A program made the translations under genes and the position numbers. This document shows positions 48,565-63,000 of a stretch of DNA of 64,000 bases, piece after piece. The stretch spans positions 12,618,485-12,682,484 of the forward strand of contig NC_134027.1 in NCBI RefSeq assembly GCF_964204645.1, given 5' to 3'. The stretch's first letter is position 1. Each line of letters opens with the position of its first letter. Below the pieces are notes generated by a model. The model was given only the letters and a program-made list of their open reading frames with translations, was not told the origin of the DNA and did no database searches. This stretch comes from Tubulanus polymorphus (taxonomy: Eukaryota > Animalia > Nemertea).

Positions 48565-51500
48565 ATATATTTCTGCTACATTTACAGCATTTGAGTATAA
48601 CTGTACTTGAAAAAGCCCATCTCAATAACTTTCAAAACATGCAAGTAATTAAAATGATCTACGCTATCAACTCTATATTTTTTCTCAAGTTAAATAATAG
48701 CCACAAATATTTACACAAGCATTCATTTAATATGAAGACGTATTTATTGAAGTTTGGGTTAAATGCCACAAAATAGTTGCGCTGTATAAGATTTTCTAAC
48801 CAAACAATAAAATCACACGCAGACGATTTGGCCTGGGCCAAATTTACACGGATCTCTTTCACTTGATACTAAACAATGCTCAGACAAAGCGAAGTGGATC
48901 ATTTACTGTGCCAGTTGCAATTCAAATGCAATCATTTGTCTCGTGCTAAAATTTGGCTCGGGCCTGGTCCGACGTCTTTGGTCGAGCCAAATTTGGTCCG
49001 GGCCATACAGGCTCGGGCCCATTTGGCGCCCATGTGAACAGTTGTTCGGGACCAAAAATGCTTGTGTGATCGCGGATTTAGTTCTAGTAGGCCTGTCGGT
49101 AATTTTCAGTACCGTATTTAATGAGGAGTCAAATCGAAGTTGAATCATAAGTACAGTTAAACCCCGCATACAGATCAGCATAATCCGCATTTTAAGACAT
49201 TATTCTACAGTCCTACAGTTCTAATATATGTAAAGTGTAAGGTTTAGTTCAGATTTCTCATAAACCGGATCGATTTCTTCGGTGCCAAATGATCGGAATA
49301 ATGTAAGGTGTAACGATTTCAGGTTTGTCGTGATGTCTAGGGCTTCATATTAACTAATGTTTTATGAGTACAGATGCTAATTTGATTTGACTGTATAATT
49401 CTTAAGATCAAAGAGCAATTAATTTGTGAAAATGCTTCATACAGTGGAACCTCGTTATGATGACCTTAGATAGAACGATTGGTTATATTGGTTATTACAA
49501 CCTAGAATTTCATTGTTAATAGGACAATTTTAGTGAATTGATACTGGATACAATGAATGATGGGTTAGTATGAACATACTTTTGGGTCCCCTGACATTGT
49601 GATTTTAACACAATACACTCGGGTCTCATTTAAAAGTATCCCTAATATTGGTACAAAACATTACTTTATTCAATTAACGCTGAACATGAATAAATATCAG
49701 TTTCAGCAATAATCAACAACTGTGCAGCCTAGATGAAACATTGTTTGTGTTTGATTTTATATCGTTCATATCGTGCTCTGTAATTCATTTTCATTTAGTT
49801 CCGAACGCATTCGTCATTTGTGGAGGGGACAATACCCATTTCAGAATCACTGTTAATTTCGCTGCACGCATATGGGGTGCAACATAACTTCGAATTAGGC
49901 GTCTGTAATGTTACAGCATATACTTTAAGTATGTATTCATCCAAATACCAGAATCAAAAAAAGGGAACTGTTATTGATTAGTGTGCATTTGATGTGCGCG
50001 AGCAAAACTCTCGTAGAATTCGAACCGTGATAGTAACTATAGTTTGATAAGCATTTTCATTTCGTTTTATCAAAAATGCAACGATCTTCAACAAACGCCA
50101 GACGCGTTATGAGTTAACTTACTCCTAGGCTGTACCATATAAAAGGATAATGGTATATTCATTCATCAGTACTGGGTAATAGTTTTCAGGAGCTTATAGT
50201 TAGTTACCTAATTATTGGTGGTAAGCTTTTATTTTTGCATGGGCTTCTACCAATATGCGGTTTGTGAGAATATACAACCGTGAAATGAAACCACAGACAG
50301 GGTATGACTAGGGTGGTTCCAGCCTCTGATCCTGAATAACGCTTTAAGGCATTATCACAGCACCATAAGGGGGTGTGGGGTTCCCTCCAGAAAATCGTAA
50401 GCAATCGGAGTGTTAGTAGGGATGTCAAATTCACTTTTCCATATATCAATCTAAAATAGGGATATGCTATTATATTCTAGCTTTTGTTCATCCAAATATG
50501 GTTTATTCTGTATGAAATTCGGATAGATTGAAACATGTATATATAATATATTGGGGAAACTGTAATTTATTCATTTGCGGTAAAGTGAATTTCATAATGA
50601 CTAGAGGGATTTTTTTCAATGCAAGCAAAGCCTTTCATAAACATATACTGCATACTACTATATGAAGAGTAGGTCATTCAAAATAGAATAGCGTAAACTA
50701 AAACTTCAGGTATCATACGGGGTTGCTCATTGGTGTATATAGACCCTTTCTACTTCTTCATCAGCACCATGTACATGTGTGTCAGCAGGACTACGTGAAG
50801 TTAAATTCCATCGAATTACCATTTGAATCTTCAATATTTCAGTAATCATTAAGTCATTAGTGAACAGATTTTCAAAATTGATTGCTATGTATTCATACAA
50901 TGTCACCTATCGTCAAAAACAAATAAAATATTCATTTTTAAAACTTAGTGATTGGCCCAATGAGTCAGTGTCCGATTGCGAAAGGACCTCCCACATACCA
51001 TCCTGCCTTTACAGGTATTCAAACCTGATGGCATCACTAGACACGGCACCAAACCATGCCTGATTAGTCCCAGTGGTACTTGCAAAATTGAGCAAATGAA
51101 AACGCGCAGCACCAATCAGATTTCGTGTTGTATTATCGGTGTGTCTGAGCTATAAAGAAACATGATCTGTGATTGCCTAAGGCAGGTTTCATGCCGTGCC
51201 ATGGCGATGCTATCAAGTTAAAGGACACCTACCAATAGAGGATACCAACATACTTGACAACTAGATTAGTATTAACTCAAGACATGTTGAAGAGAATATA
51301 GATAGTGAAGGACAACACAAAACTTGCTAATGCTTGCTGCACACATTCATTGAATACAAACATCAATCTTTTTTCATAAGGCAACCAGAAAATATCAATT
51401 CAACATTCCATCATTAATTTGACAAGATATAACTATAGATATTACAAATCCACATATACGCTACATATAGGCCTACAGATAAATGAGATATATCACGAAA

Positions 51501-52732
51501 GTACTTATATAGTTATTTGCTCTCAAACGATATGCCAGTAAGTCAACGCGAAAATACAATCAGGTAGGGCAAAGACGTTGAAATATATCACCTATTGCAA
51601 ATGATGGCCCAAGATCAGAATATTGCTGCCTGGGGATGTTTAATTATCTTAATTATGACAGTGACTATATACGCGTATCAGTTAACCGCAGAATCTTGGT
51701 TATATGGCCATATCGAGATTGCAAATACATTGACATTACCTCAAATAATTACATCTATCACTAATAATGACTTCTATAAACTTAGTTGATGGGTTTCCAA
51801 TTTTAAGATATTCTTTCAGTTACACCCATAGGCGCCCCATGGAGGTGTCCTTTTGAAAGAATGAAATTTTTTACTTCATAGATTATGCAGTCCACACCAA
51901 ACTTCTAGCGCCGGGATTTAGCAGTCAAGTTTTTTCACGCTAAAAGCCCTAACAGAAGTGTGCGGAAGAATGTAGTGGAGGTCGCCCTTATAAAGAGAAA
52001 TTCAATCTCTCCTTGAAAAATCCTGGGGATTCCCATAATACCCTCCAGATGCAGTCAAACTCCTTTTAAGTCATCATTGTGCATTGCTTAACTCATCACT
52101 ATTTCTGAGTCCCTATTTCTGTATCATTTCCAATACAATGTACTAAGTGTAAATAGTTATTTGGATATTGGTCAATTAATCTCAGCTATAACGACTTATG
52201 TGAGTTTAACTGTACCATAGGTTATGTGTTGATTAATGGTTAGCAATTCCCTTGTTGATCCCTATTCATTGTTAGTTATTGCACTTCTCTGTTATGTGAT
52301 GATACGTATTCGAATCAATTTAAGCTACTTTTAAATTCAATCAAGCCGCCCCACCTAAATAGAAGCGGAAAGGAGTTTTTCCACAGACCCTCTACCAGTA
52401 GGGTATATTCAGACGTACAAAGTATTTTGATTTTCTATCTGCATGCAATGTTTATAATGATAAAGTGTCCTGAGGAAAAATGGTCCTATTAGTACACCTA
52501 AATTTAAGTGTCGTATCTCATAAGTTTCTTAATAATCACTTAATAAAACCCAATTAGATTGAGGGAATGACATGATGACGATCCATGGACAATCTTATTT
52601 TCTGGTGAGTTGCATGAATCAATGAAGTAATAAGATTGTGGCCTACGGCCAGCTGATCTGTGATGCATATCTTCCTCGAGTACAAATTCACATGAATCGT
52701 CCATTCTTAATTTTTGAGTAACAGGTATAGAT

Positions 52733-52778
52733 CTAGAAGATTCCCTTCTTTTTCTTCTGCTTATCTTTATCAATGGAA
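52733..52778 (-). CDS. SEPT7: Septin-7/peanut, terminal coding exon
   Basis: TTCTTTCAG|(D)SIDKDKQKKKKGIF*; phase fits the upstream exon; the KKKGxF C-terminus is typical of SEPT7/peanut. Confidence 0.82.
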
Positions 52779-53949
52779 CTGAAAGAATTAAAAAATAATG
52801 TTTCACGAATTAAAAATCTTTTAAAAAATGACTCGCATGGAAGATGCAAGGTTATGCAACAGTCAATCTGCTGTTTTTACTGAAAATCAACCTGGCAAAA
52901 AACTGACCATCAATCTCTTGTCTGGATCTAAATCTGATTGCAGTGTTTTTGTCAGACATTATATGTATAGCATAATATTTTATCACCATGCATGGAAATT
53001 CAGAACGTTCAGCAAAGGTGATTGATTGAGGTAAGTTGGTATAGGGAGCATATTGAAAGCCGAAGTGGTTAACAGTGGTTTATCGTCAAATGATGTCACG
53101 TGGGTATGATTCAGACAAAAACAAAAACCTATGAAACCCATGGGTTGCAAAAACTTCAGAGTTTAGAATTCCAATGTGCTACTCACTATACATGAACAAA
53201 ACAGATGTCATGCTTAAAATGGCTTCAGTATATAGATGTGTTACTAACTGTTTTACCATAACAAAAATATATGTCAAGTTCATCATCAGTCCCTGTGCTA
53301 TTTTCAGCATCTCTGTACATCAACATCTGAACTAAGTTACTAATTTGTAGTAAATGCATGTTGTAAGACATACATAATGATTAGAGCATGCAAATCACAG
53401 AATATGTGTATGTCATGAGAAGTTATAATGAAAGATTGAAATGATTTATGAAACAGTATCGAAAGACAGTTTGAGCGTATATCTGGAAAAAAGATGCTTA
53501 TTGATGCTGTATTTATCCGTGAACTAGAGAAGACACTATCTGATATAAAGAATAATTTCGAGTTAATATCAAATATGTTACTCGCTGCACCAGGGCTCCC
53601 AGTTGATAATATTAAGTCAAACTTGACAATACATAGATACATAGATGTAAAATAACATTTTCATTAAGTGAATGAAGGGACCACAGAGCAGGGGGACTAG
53701 GGAGCCCACCAATATTTTGCTACCTCAAAATTTTCAAAGGGCTCATAGAAAACTCCTGCATGCTTTCAGTGCTAGTGATCCAAAAACCACTTCTATTACT
53801 CGTACTTCACATATTAGCCACCCCTATCTCAAGGTCACTCCGCGGCCTCTGGAATGGTACTTTGGGCTACTATCAGAAAATTCCATTGCACTGACGAAAA
53901 CTCAATGAAAGTTTTAATACACAGTGAGTCTAGTCGCTACATTATTCAA

Positions 53950-54382
53950 TTAACACTCATTAGCACTCAGGAATTTCACTGTGTAGTGTCCATTACTCCT
54001 CAGAAGATTCAAGGGAAAATGCAAGTTTACCATGATACCAAATTGCTCATTATCCGGATATTTTCATGCCTTACAAGTTTGTGTTATTTTGTAGTAAAAG
54101 TCACGGCTTTCATATGACATAAGATTTGATGAGGTGGGCTACCAACATTGTGTCCTTTTGGCCCCCCGAAATTCATCAAATTATACTTGGATTTGAAGCT
54201 CAGATCTGTCAATGTTCTTACTCCAAATACTTTAGAATGTTGATTTCTGAACAGCATTTCAAAGACTTGGGTGTCTAGTTTATCATACGCTATTGGGTTT
54301 GAATCCCACTATAACCGTTTTTGTGCAGCATACGAAAAAAGTGTCCGGGTGGATTTGGGCTGCTTGAGTGCTAATGGGTTAA
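53950..54382. mobile_element. piggyBac-type MITE
   Basis: TTAA|CACTCATTAGCACTCA ... TGAGTGCTAATGGG|TTAA. Confidence 0.65.
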
Positions 54383-55199
54383 CATAATCATACATTGATA
54401 ACACCATGAGAATTTATAGTCATCTTATCATTCCACAAAATGTTGTGCTCTGTTCAATGATTTGACAGCGTAATCATACAACTTGGGTTCAATTTATAGA
54501 CGCAAATTTGCTAAACCACAGAATAATGCAACAATAAGTGGACTGAATTCCTGTATCATTGGTGTTCTGTGTTACTAGCAAATCAACACATATGAGAAGT
54601 AGGGCTTTACCATCGCTTGAACATTTTTGAAGCAAAATTGTATTCAAAGAAAATGTAAGCAATGCGTGAGTATTGTCAAAGTGTTAATCAATAGCTCAAA
54701 ATGGTTCTTAATTTTCGCATACCTTTTCTTTTGCAATATAGGACATCACTGAAAACGATTAACTACGAGTGCAGATGATATCATGTGCTATAATCATTTT
54801 AACCACTGGAAGCCCTGTGATTACAGTTAATAATATTTACTTACAAAATAGACTACTAGTACTACTTGTACGCTTTGATTTGCGAAGCTTTTGTCCCTCA
54901 TCACTAGAGTGGAAACAGAAGTTGGCAATGGTGAAAAGAGGATGTTATCATTGAGTGAAATGTTATTTACTGTGAGGGCATACCTTAAAATTGCAAAATA
55001 CAGTAAACTACACTGTGCTCATGTTTAATACACAAATATATTCAACCACTTCAAGTCTTTAAGACATAAAAAGAAGCTATTTAGCAAATAGTCTAGGATT
55101 CAGACACACAGAACGTGCAAAAAATGCACTTTTGATGTGACACCCCTGCTGTACTTTTTAGCACTTTTTGTTGATCCTCTTAGAATGGTTATGAAGGTA

Positions 55200-55810
55200 A
55201 CTTTCTGTTAGCACTAGGTGGCACAAATTGTAACCACTGGATATACAGCTGATATTTTGTCATAGGTGAATTTTGAAATAGGTGTTGCCATTTATATGGA
55301 AAGTTTCACCAAATTCTATGGGCTTTTTAGGCATATACTGCATGAGTTACAGTCTACCTTTGAATATGACATATACTCTCATCAACAGACAGGTCCTGTG
55401 TTGGGCTTTGTACCTAAGAGTACAGGTATCCAGGTTTCGTACTTATAACAATGGATCATAGCCTGACTGACAATTCAGCATTCTTACAGCATTGTGAATG
55501 AAGTGAAGACAAGATGAAATTGATTGGAATCTATGTTTATGCCATACTAAAATATGACATATTTGGGGTATCAGTAAGCTAAAAGCCCCTAAAAAATCTG
55601 CAAGTTTTGGCTTACGGCAAATTCCCATAGCTATGGTCATGGCCATATAAATTTTGAGATCATTCTCGTTGATGTCTTTCCATTGATGAATCCTGGAGGA
55701 TCGTGGTAATTCAGCAGGAGAGTCTAAGATCTCTGCATACCAATTGGTTTCAGTAACTAACGCATAAAATGCAAAAACCAAATAGGGGTCAAGGGACACC
55801 ACGCCCATTT
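55200..55810 (-). pseudogene. piggyBac (PGBD) transposase fragment in a septin intron
   Basis: LVTETNWYA...WKDINENDLKIYMAMTIAMGICRKPKLADF...RFQSISSCLHF...YDPL is the piggyBac N-terminal signature; frameshifts and stops follow. Confidence 0.8.
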
Positions 55811-57009
55811 GGGAAGTGGTTTCGGATGCTCAACAATCTAACAATTTCAATATTCAACGCCTCATTCAATGATCTTGAAAAATACAATGACCTTGAAACT
55901 CACCACAATCATAGAACATGTCAGCAGCTACAATTTTATAATTCAGACCTGCCAACCGTGTCTGACTAAATCAGAACAATATCATAAATTTTCAGTTAAA
56001 TCTGAGGTTTTCCAGTAACAAGCGTGTAATGTATAATAAGGCGCTGGATAGAAAACAAACAGTTGATTTTTCTTGATTTTGCATTGTGTTTTTTCATTTC
56101 AATTGTCAATATGATATTTTACGTTTGTAATACTGGCACGAGACATGTAGATTATAATTGTCAACTCCTAACACTACTAATACTTAACTCGTCACTAGTC
56201 AGTACAAAGAAAAAATGAGTGTGACGCTCTACGAAACATTCGTGCAAGGAAACTTAACAGAATATCATCTTCAAAATGGTGGGCTTCCTTCTCTTTGTTG
56301 CCGGTTCGTTATTGATTAGGTTCATCACTTTTATCAGATAATATGACGTCTAAATCTATTCAATCATCGCAATCCTGGTTGCGGTAGCCGCCATGTACAG
56401 ACACACTGATTACAGCAGACAACCGATGCGACTGGTTGGCGGTGAGAGGTCATTGTTAAGAAATACTTTTTTTCTAATATATTTTTCATTTTGACCAAAT
56501 AAATAACGCAGAATCATTGATTGATATACAAATAAATTAACTTAGTCAGGTTACTTCCAAAAAATAATTCAATGCCTGCAAGCAATCGTTATTTCTACAG
56601 CAGTGTGTGCTGTATCTCTATGAGGCACGGGAGAGAGTATATACAATAGATCAATAGTAGTAGGTTGCCCCAGTGACAGCCAGCTGATAGATGTACTGTA
56701 TTGAGCGCGTGCAGGAAGACACGTGTATGCCAGCGGTCTGTGTAACACAGTGATATTGATTGGATGCTTGGCGCGCATATCAACTAGCACAATGCGCGGC
56801 GTATGCTAAGAACTCCTATTTTAGTTTCCAATGATAAAATCAACATGTTTAAACATCTTTCGCGAAATATTTTTTAAGAAACGTAACATAGCTTGAGTTT
56901 TTCGTAAAACGCAATGAAAATAGACTAAAATCGTATTTTTGCACACCCACTCGTAACACCGTAATTTGTGCTGTCAATCAGTAATGATCATGGGAAAATC
57001 TTAACAGTT

Positions 57010-58111
57010 GGCAGGTCTGGTAATTGATTGTGGTAACAAAATATGCCTAGTTACCAATATGGTATGGAAAAAGTTATTCTACTATTCAACGCCCCCTGGT
57101 GACCATTTGCGAAGCCCAATCACCTTGAAACTCACCATAATCATAGAACATGTCATGAGCTACAACTTTGCAATCGATCATGGTAACAAAATATGCCTAG
57201 GACCAATATAATATGGAAATACTAAGTTATTCTACTATTCAACGCCCCCTAGTGACCATATAGAATAACTTATGTCCTTGAAACTCACCACAATCATAGA
57301 CATGTCATGAGCTACAACTTTCCAATTGATTGTGGTAACAAAATATGCTTAGGTACGAATATAATATAGAAATACTAAGTTACTGTATTGTTCAATGTCC
57401 CCTGGTGGCCTTATGCAAAAACCAATGACTATGAAACTCACCACGATTATAAACCATGAGCTACAACTTTCCAATTGATTGTGGTAACAAAATATGCTTA
57501 CGTATCAATATAATGTGGAAAAGCTTTTTTCCACCCACGAATGAGTACTGATGACACCAAGATGGCTGCCAATTGGGTCATAATTGCCTGATCAAAAATA
57601 CCTAATCTCGGGTATAAAAGATCCCTTTCCAAAGAATACCCATCACAAATTGCAATGAGAAATGGCAAACCATTAGGAAGCTACAGGGCTCAGAAATCAG
57701 ACCAAAATTGACATTTTTGGGCACAAAAAAGGTATCAGGACAGCCATCTTGAGTCTGATCGACCCAATTTTTCTCATGCTGATGGGCCCTTGGGGGATAC
57801 AAATATATATGAATGATCAAGGTAATTGATAAAAGTGTCTTCAAAATTTCCCTCGAAAACTTCGAAAATGTGTAAAAAGTGCAGATTTCGGCGAACAACA
57901 ATGGCTGTGTCAGCCATCTTGAATCTGACGGGGCCAGTTTTTGGGCTGAAGATGTGTCTAGGGTAGATACATGTATAAACCAAATATCAAGACATAACCT
58001 TGAAGCGTCTTCAAAACTTCCCAAAATAACTGGATTCCATTTACAGACGGCGGACGGACGAACGAAAAGTGAACGCAATAGCCCGCTGGAACTTAAGTCC
58101 CAAGTGGACTA
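57010..58111 (-). mobile_element. HINE family A, inverted copy with ~153-bp tandem repeats
   Basis: Reverse complement of 25755-26590 / 26633-27285; tandem units at ~57091, 57244 and 57397. Confidence 0.8.
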
Positions 58112-58780
58112 GGTGTGTAATTGAACTACGGCACATCAATTATTAATCACAGACCTTTCATCAAAGAATTTTTCCATAGACCCTCCAATAGTTCAAATTA
58201 TAAGTTGTTCATGCTTTTAAAATATGTCTGCTTCAGAGTAATAATTTGAGTTGAAGTAAATGAACCTTGGATCAAAAACTTTTGTCCGTTTCAAGCATAA
58301 TACCATAAAACATGAAGACATGAATGCAGAGGCCAGGTACATAGCTGATGACACAAGTTGACATGTCAGGTGAGAAAAGACTTTCTAATCCATAGTGCTA
58401 TTACGTAGGGTGTCAGGAATAGCAATAACAGCGACATGTGCATACACCTTAATTGTGTGTGGAAAAATTTAAAAAAAATAGCACAAAGAGTTAGTACAGC
58501 ATCTTTGACAGGCCAAAGACCATGAGAAACCTAATAAGACACAAAAAGTTTTTGTGTGAACATGTTAATTCTTCTATTAATATTATATTCCCTTACGCAA
58601 AATATGGAATCTCACCATCTTTAGGCCAGTTATGTCAAAGAGAAGCAAATAATATACTGGCAATGTTTTTTCTATATGAATAAAATCATAATCCTCCAAT
58701 AGGTCAAATGATTTGCGGGGCCAATAGTCAGATACTTAAGGAAGTTTACTTAGAATCCAGGAATACGGTTAACTATAGTA

Positions 58781-59420
58781 GAGTAGACTTCGCCTAAACC
58801 AATACCAGTCTATCCGTTGGTTAAATTGGTTCAATTGGTTAAAATAAACATACGATTTTCGTTTGCTTATCTTCGTCAAAACATAAATACTGCCTACCAG
58901 TAGAACAGTATCGGTCTATTCGGTAATTCACCATATCCGGTAAAATTGTTACTTTCATTTCCGTTCATTCTGTACCAAAACTGGTAAACTATAACGGCTC
59001 TTCACTTACAATATGAGATGCTATCGATCTTCTACCTCAGATGATTCATGTAAGGCCCTATGTTGCGACTACTGCCTACACTCATTGACCTAAATTATCT
59101 GTAGTTCTCATTCATACACAAGTGCATCATGAGTGAACTGAAACGGGTGAGTATCACAGAATTTCAGGGAAACTTGAAATGTCAAGACTATTGAGGCCTT
59201 GTGTATGAAATTTCATACAAGGAAGCTAACCGTTAGCACAATTCACTACGGTCTGATTGTATGAAATACAAATAGACTAGTTATGCCATCAAAACTGATG
59301 TTAATTTTAAAAATTGCATATCTTTATCCATTTATTTTCATACGTCTTCAAATCGGTAACCGCCTAATTCGGTAACAGAATTTGGGCAGAGTCTCGTACC
59401 GGTTTAGGCAAAGTCTACTG
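58781..59420. mobile_element. MITE
   Basis: TIR AGTAGACTTCGCCTAAACC / GGTTTAGGCAAAGTCTACT. Confidence 0.6.
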
Positions 59421-59805
59421 AGTAAGCTGTAATACTATTTAAGATCTAAAGATTGAAGTTACAGCAAATGCATAAATTATTACAAAAGGGCGTTGGCTAC
59501 AATTTAACCATCACCAATAAATCTGAAAGCTATACTACCACTACAGACAATTTTTCATTCTGCAGCCAAATCTTTCGATTTATAAATACACTAGTGATTC
59601 AATTTCATGGTTATGTAGCAGTGATATTTGCCACAAAGCAAACATGTTATGTTAAATGAACAATAGAAGTGTCAGGCAAAAAATATGATCAAAATACCAT
59701 GAAGGATATTATTTTCTGACTGGGATAGGATATGATGAAAGATGAAAATGGGGGTTTCAAGGAAGACATTGCCATGCATTGAAATGTGCTTCTAGCCATA
59801 CATAC

Positions 59806-59960
59806 TCTTTCGAATTTTCTAATGAACGTCTTCGCTGATCATCTAACCTTTGTGTTTCATCCCACATTTGTTTTTCTTTCTCAAATTGCTGGCGCTTCTC
59901 TTCAAGCTCCTTTTCTTGCTGCTCGAGACTCTTTTTCATTTGTTCTGCCCTACGTTGTAA
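59806..59960 (-). CDS. SEPT7: Septin-7/peanut coiled-coil exon
   Basis: TTTCAG|LQRRAEQMKKSLEQQEKELEEKRQQFEKEKQMWDETQR...ENSK GA|GTATGT; 155 nt. Confidence 0.9.
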
Positions 59961-60014
59961 CTGAAATTGCAAAAGATAGTGTTAACTAATTGTCTTAAAC
60001 CTCAATGCAAGCTA

Positions 60015-63000
60015 CAGGGATGAAAACCGAGGCGTTTAAAAAGCGCGGAAAATTTTAAATAAAAGTATTAGGCTAACTACTGCTGGCCAAGCCAGCAGTC
60101 GCGAGCACCAAGGGTGCAAACTCCCTAAAGGGGGGTTTGGGGGACCTCGCCCAACAAAATTTTGAAATTTCAAGTTTTTGGCATATCTGAGGCCCATTTT
60201 CCAATGACAAAATAAGACTGCTGCCACGCGGTTGATCGTTCATTGTTTATGTTTTGAGTTCATGAAAAGGATGGCTCCGACGATATCCAAATCACTACAA
60301 CATGTTAATACTTAAATGAACTTGTCAATAGATAGTAGAGTCCCAAGAGGAGCCCCTATCTATAGTCTTCCAATCTTTCACTCAAGACAAGCATATTTGC
60401 CTGAATTAAAACAATGCCTGAATTTTGCCTGAATTAAAACGATGAGTACTTTTATTGGGCACGTAGGCTAAGCTTTGTTGGATGAATTGAAGCGCGCGAC
60501 CGCAGATTCTAAATATAGATTTCCCGCGCAGCGCTATTACATGTATATATATTATCGATCTGTACAGTGGTTCTAGACAACAGCGGTGTTTCGCAATGGT
60601 GTTATAAAAAAAGATTTCAGAGATCGTAGCAACAGTCTTATGAGACGCCTTACGGTCTATTCTTTAAGTATGCTACGATCTAACTCTCATATTTTCCCCA
60701 AGACCCTAACATCATTATCTCAACGGATCTACATCAATCTCAAGAATGATAACAAGAGCCCCAAGGGGCACTATGGCCAGCCTGTCAGCTTTTCATACTA
60801 GAGGACCAACGGTCCTGTGCTCTCGAGGCAAAGTTTTTTTTATAATATCAATGAATACATATTACATTGATCATTCTTACTCTTTTAATTATGCAGATCT
60901 GTTCCCTTCACAACTGCCCTGGACACTACGGTGGAACTGGGCGCCTCAAGACAGTGGTAGGCAGGAACAAATACGTCAGATCGATTTGTTATGGCCGGTT
61001 ATAGTACAAAAAGATCGACAGACCAATGTATATCACTTTTTTAGTAATAATGTGACCAATAACCTAAATGAAAATCTATGATAAAGTTAAATTCATCAAA
61101 AAAACTTATTTCACTGTATGAAAAACGCGCGTATTCATAACGCGCGCATCAATATGAGCCTATGCCACTATAGTGTGTGCAGTGTGAGATACTAGTTATC
61201 TGCCAGCGCACGCTTGCCTCGCGTAGTATGGCTAGACGCCAACAACTGCTACGCAATACGTCTGCAGTAAATGAATAAACACACGCCACACTGTCATACA
61301 ACTCGGTGATAATTTCGGTCTGACTGTAAAAATTAGGACTTTCAAGGACATTGTCTGCCAACCTTTCGAACTTTAAGACTCCCACTGATTTTCCCAGCAA
61401 AAAACAAGGAATTTAAGACTGCTACGGTACCGACCCTTGGTGCAAGGTGCCCGTTCACGCCCGAGTGATGTAGTCATCCGCATATTAATTCACCTTGTAA
61501 AATAAATCTATCCGAATGAATTATTAATAAAACATTATTCAAAAATCTTTTCAATATCAACTTCTATCACCATTCAACCCAATATAATCTGAAATAATCT
61601 TGAATACAAATTGCCGGATCTATTTTTGCAGCGGATTTAACCCCATTTATCGGATCTTTCGATAATTCAATGACTGTAAAAATGGTGTGCTTTGGTTCGC
61701 GGTAAACATAGACAACACGATACCGACACGCTCGTAATAGCTCTCTCGTTCCTCGAGAGCTAAAATGGCAAATGATGATGATGCATTCTGCGGGTTAAAT
61801 TTGTCAAAATACACTCCCAGCTCAGAGTCAATACCTAATAATTTATACAATACAATCGTAGAATACAAAAGTAGCACAGACAGTAGTTAGTTACCTAATC
61901 GTTGGTGGTAAGCTTTTTATAATCGGATGGGCTTATACCAACGTTAGGGATGACAAGGACCAAAACAAGGTTGAAAAAAGTAACACTTCAAAAATATACT
62001 TTCTATTCATATCAGTCCACAATAATTAATGGCTTAATTCACAAACTAACACAGGTACCTTTCGAAATAATCCAATTCTATGTATGTTTCGAACGATAAA
62101 TCAACATCATTTTGAGAAATTAATTAATTTCTCCACAAATTTCGCCATTGGCCGCCATTTCTGTGTATTGCATACATGTGGTATGATAGACAAGGTGACC
62201 TACAAGGATTTATATAAAACTTCCAAGACGAAACGACAATTTTTATTTTTGATGGTTTTCAAACATCTATTTCAAATCTTCGTGCTTTCCATGATAAATA
62301 ATGAAATAATAAATTCTGGATGAAGAAAAATGTGAATTATTAGTGTTGATTTCTAAATTTTTTCAATTTCGTCGTTTCGCTTCGTTAGTTTGTGCTGTTG
62401 TCCTGGCCTCAGTCCACAGGTGCCAGCACCCTCCAGTAATTTTCAAAATGGCAGCTGTTGACTCGACGGAAATTTACTCTCACTTTACGGCCGATTTGCA
62501 CATGGATTAAGATCGTCAGGTGAGGTGTTATAGGTATCAGACAAACTACGAATCGGTTGTGCGTCGATTACAACAAAAATTAGACGGATATCATAAGAGA
62601 CAATGAAATGCCAGGCAAATTACTCGTCAGTCAAATTGGCTGACGAAGATTGCATACAAAAATGACCTTCCCATTCCTGACTGGTTCGTGAAACTAAACC
62701 ACAGACAGGTTACTGACTACACAGACAGCGACTGGATCTGACAGAACAAATACCTCAGAGAAATCTTTTCCCTTGGTCTTATTGATTTGAATGCGGAATA
62801 GAATTGAATTTTCTGAAATTTGCTCAATAAAACAAAATTGAATTGGATTTGATGTTTTTATTTGCTCAATAAAGTAAAATTGAATTGGATTTGTTTTTTC
62901 TTAGAGAATAAAATTTGATTGAATTGGTAGTTCGAGCACATGGCTAATTAGCATATCAAGGTCATCTATCCGATTTAAGAAAAAGCTATTTTTCCCGGTA

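Noticed and set aside
55443-55808. Domesticated PGBD gene
   Set aside because: Frameshifted, with stops, and lacking an intact catalytic region; a fossil transposase.
26042-58112. Recurring short ORFs such as 26042-26248, 30419-30622, 37115-37357 and 57602-58078
   Set aside because: They lie in multi-copy non-autonomous repeats and their frames are not conserved between copies; no protein motifs.
59542-59565. Possible alternative septin terminal exon (CAG|A ATG AAA AAT TGT CTG TAG)
   Set aside because: Weak polypyrimidine tract and no homology; the 52733-52778 exon gives the conserved KKKGIF end.
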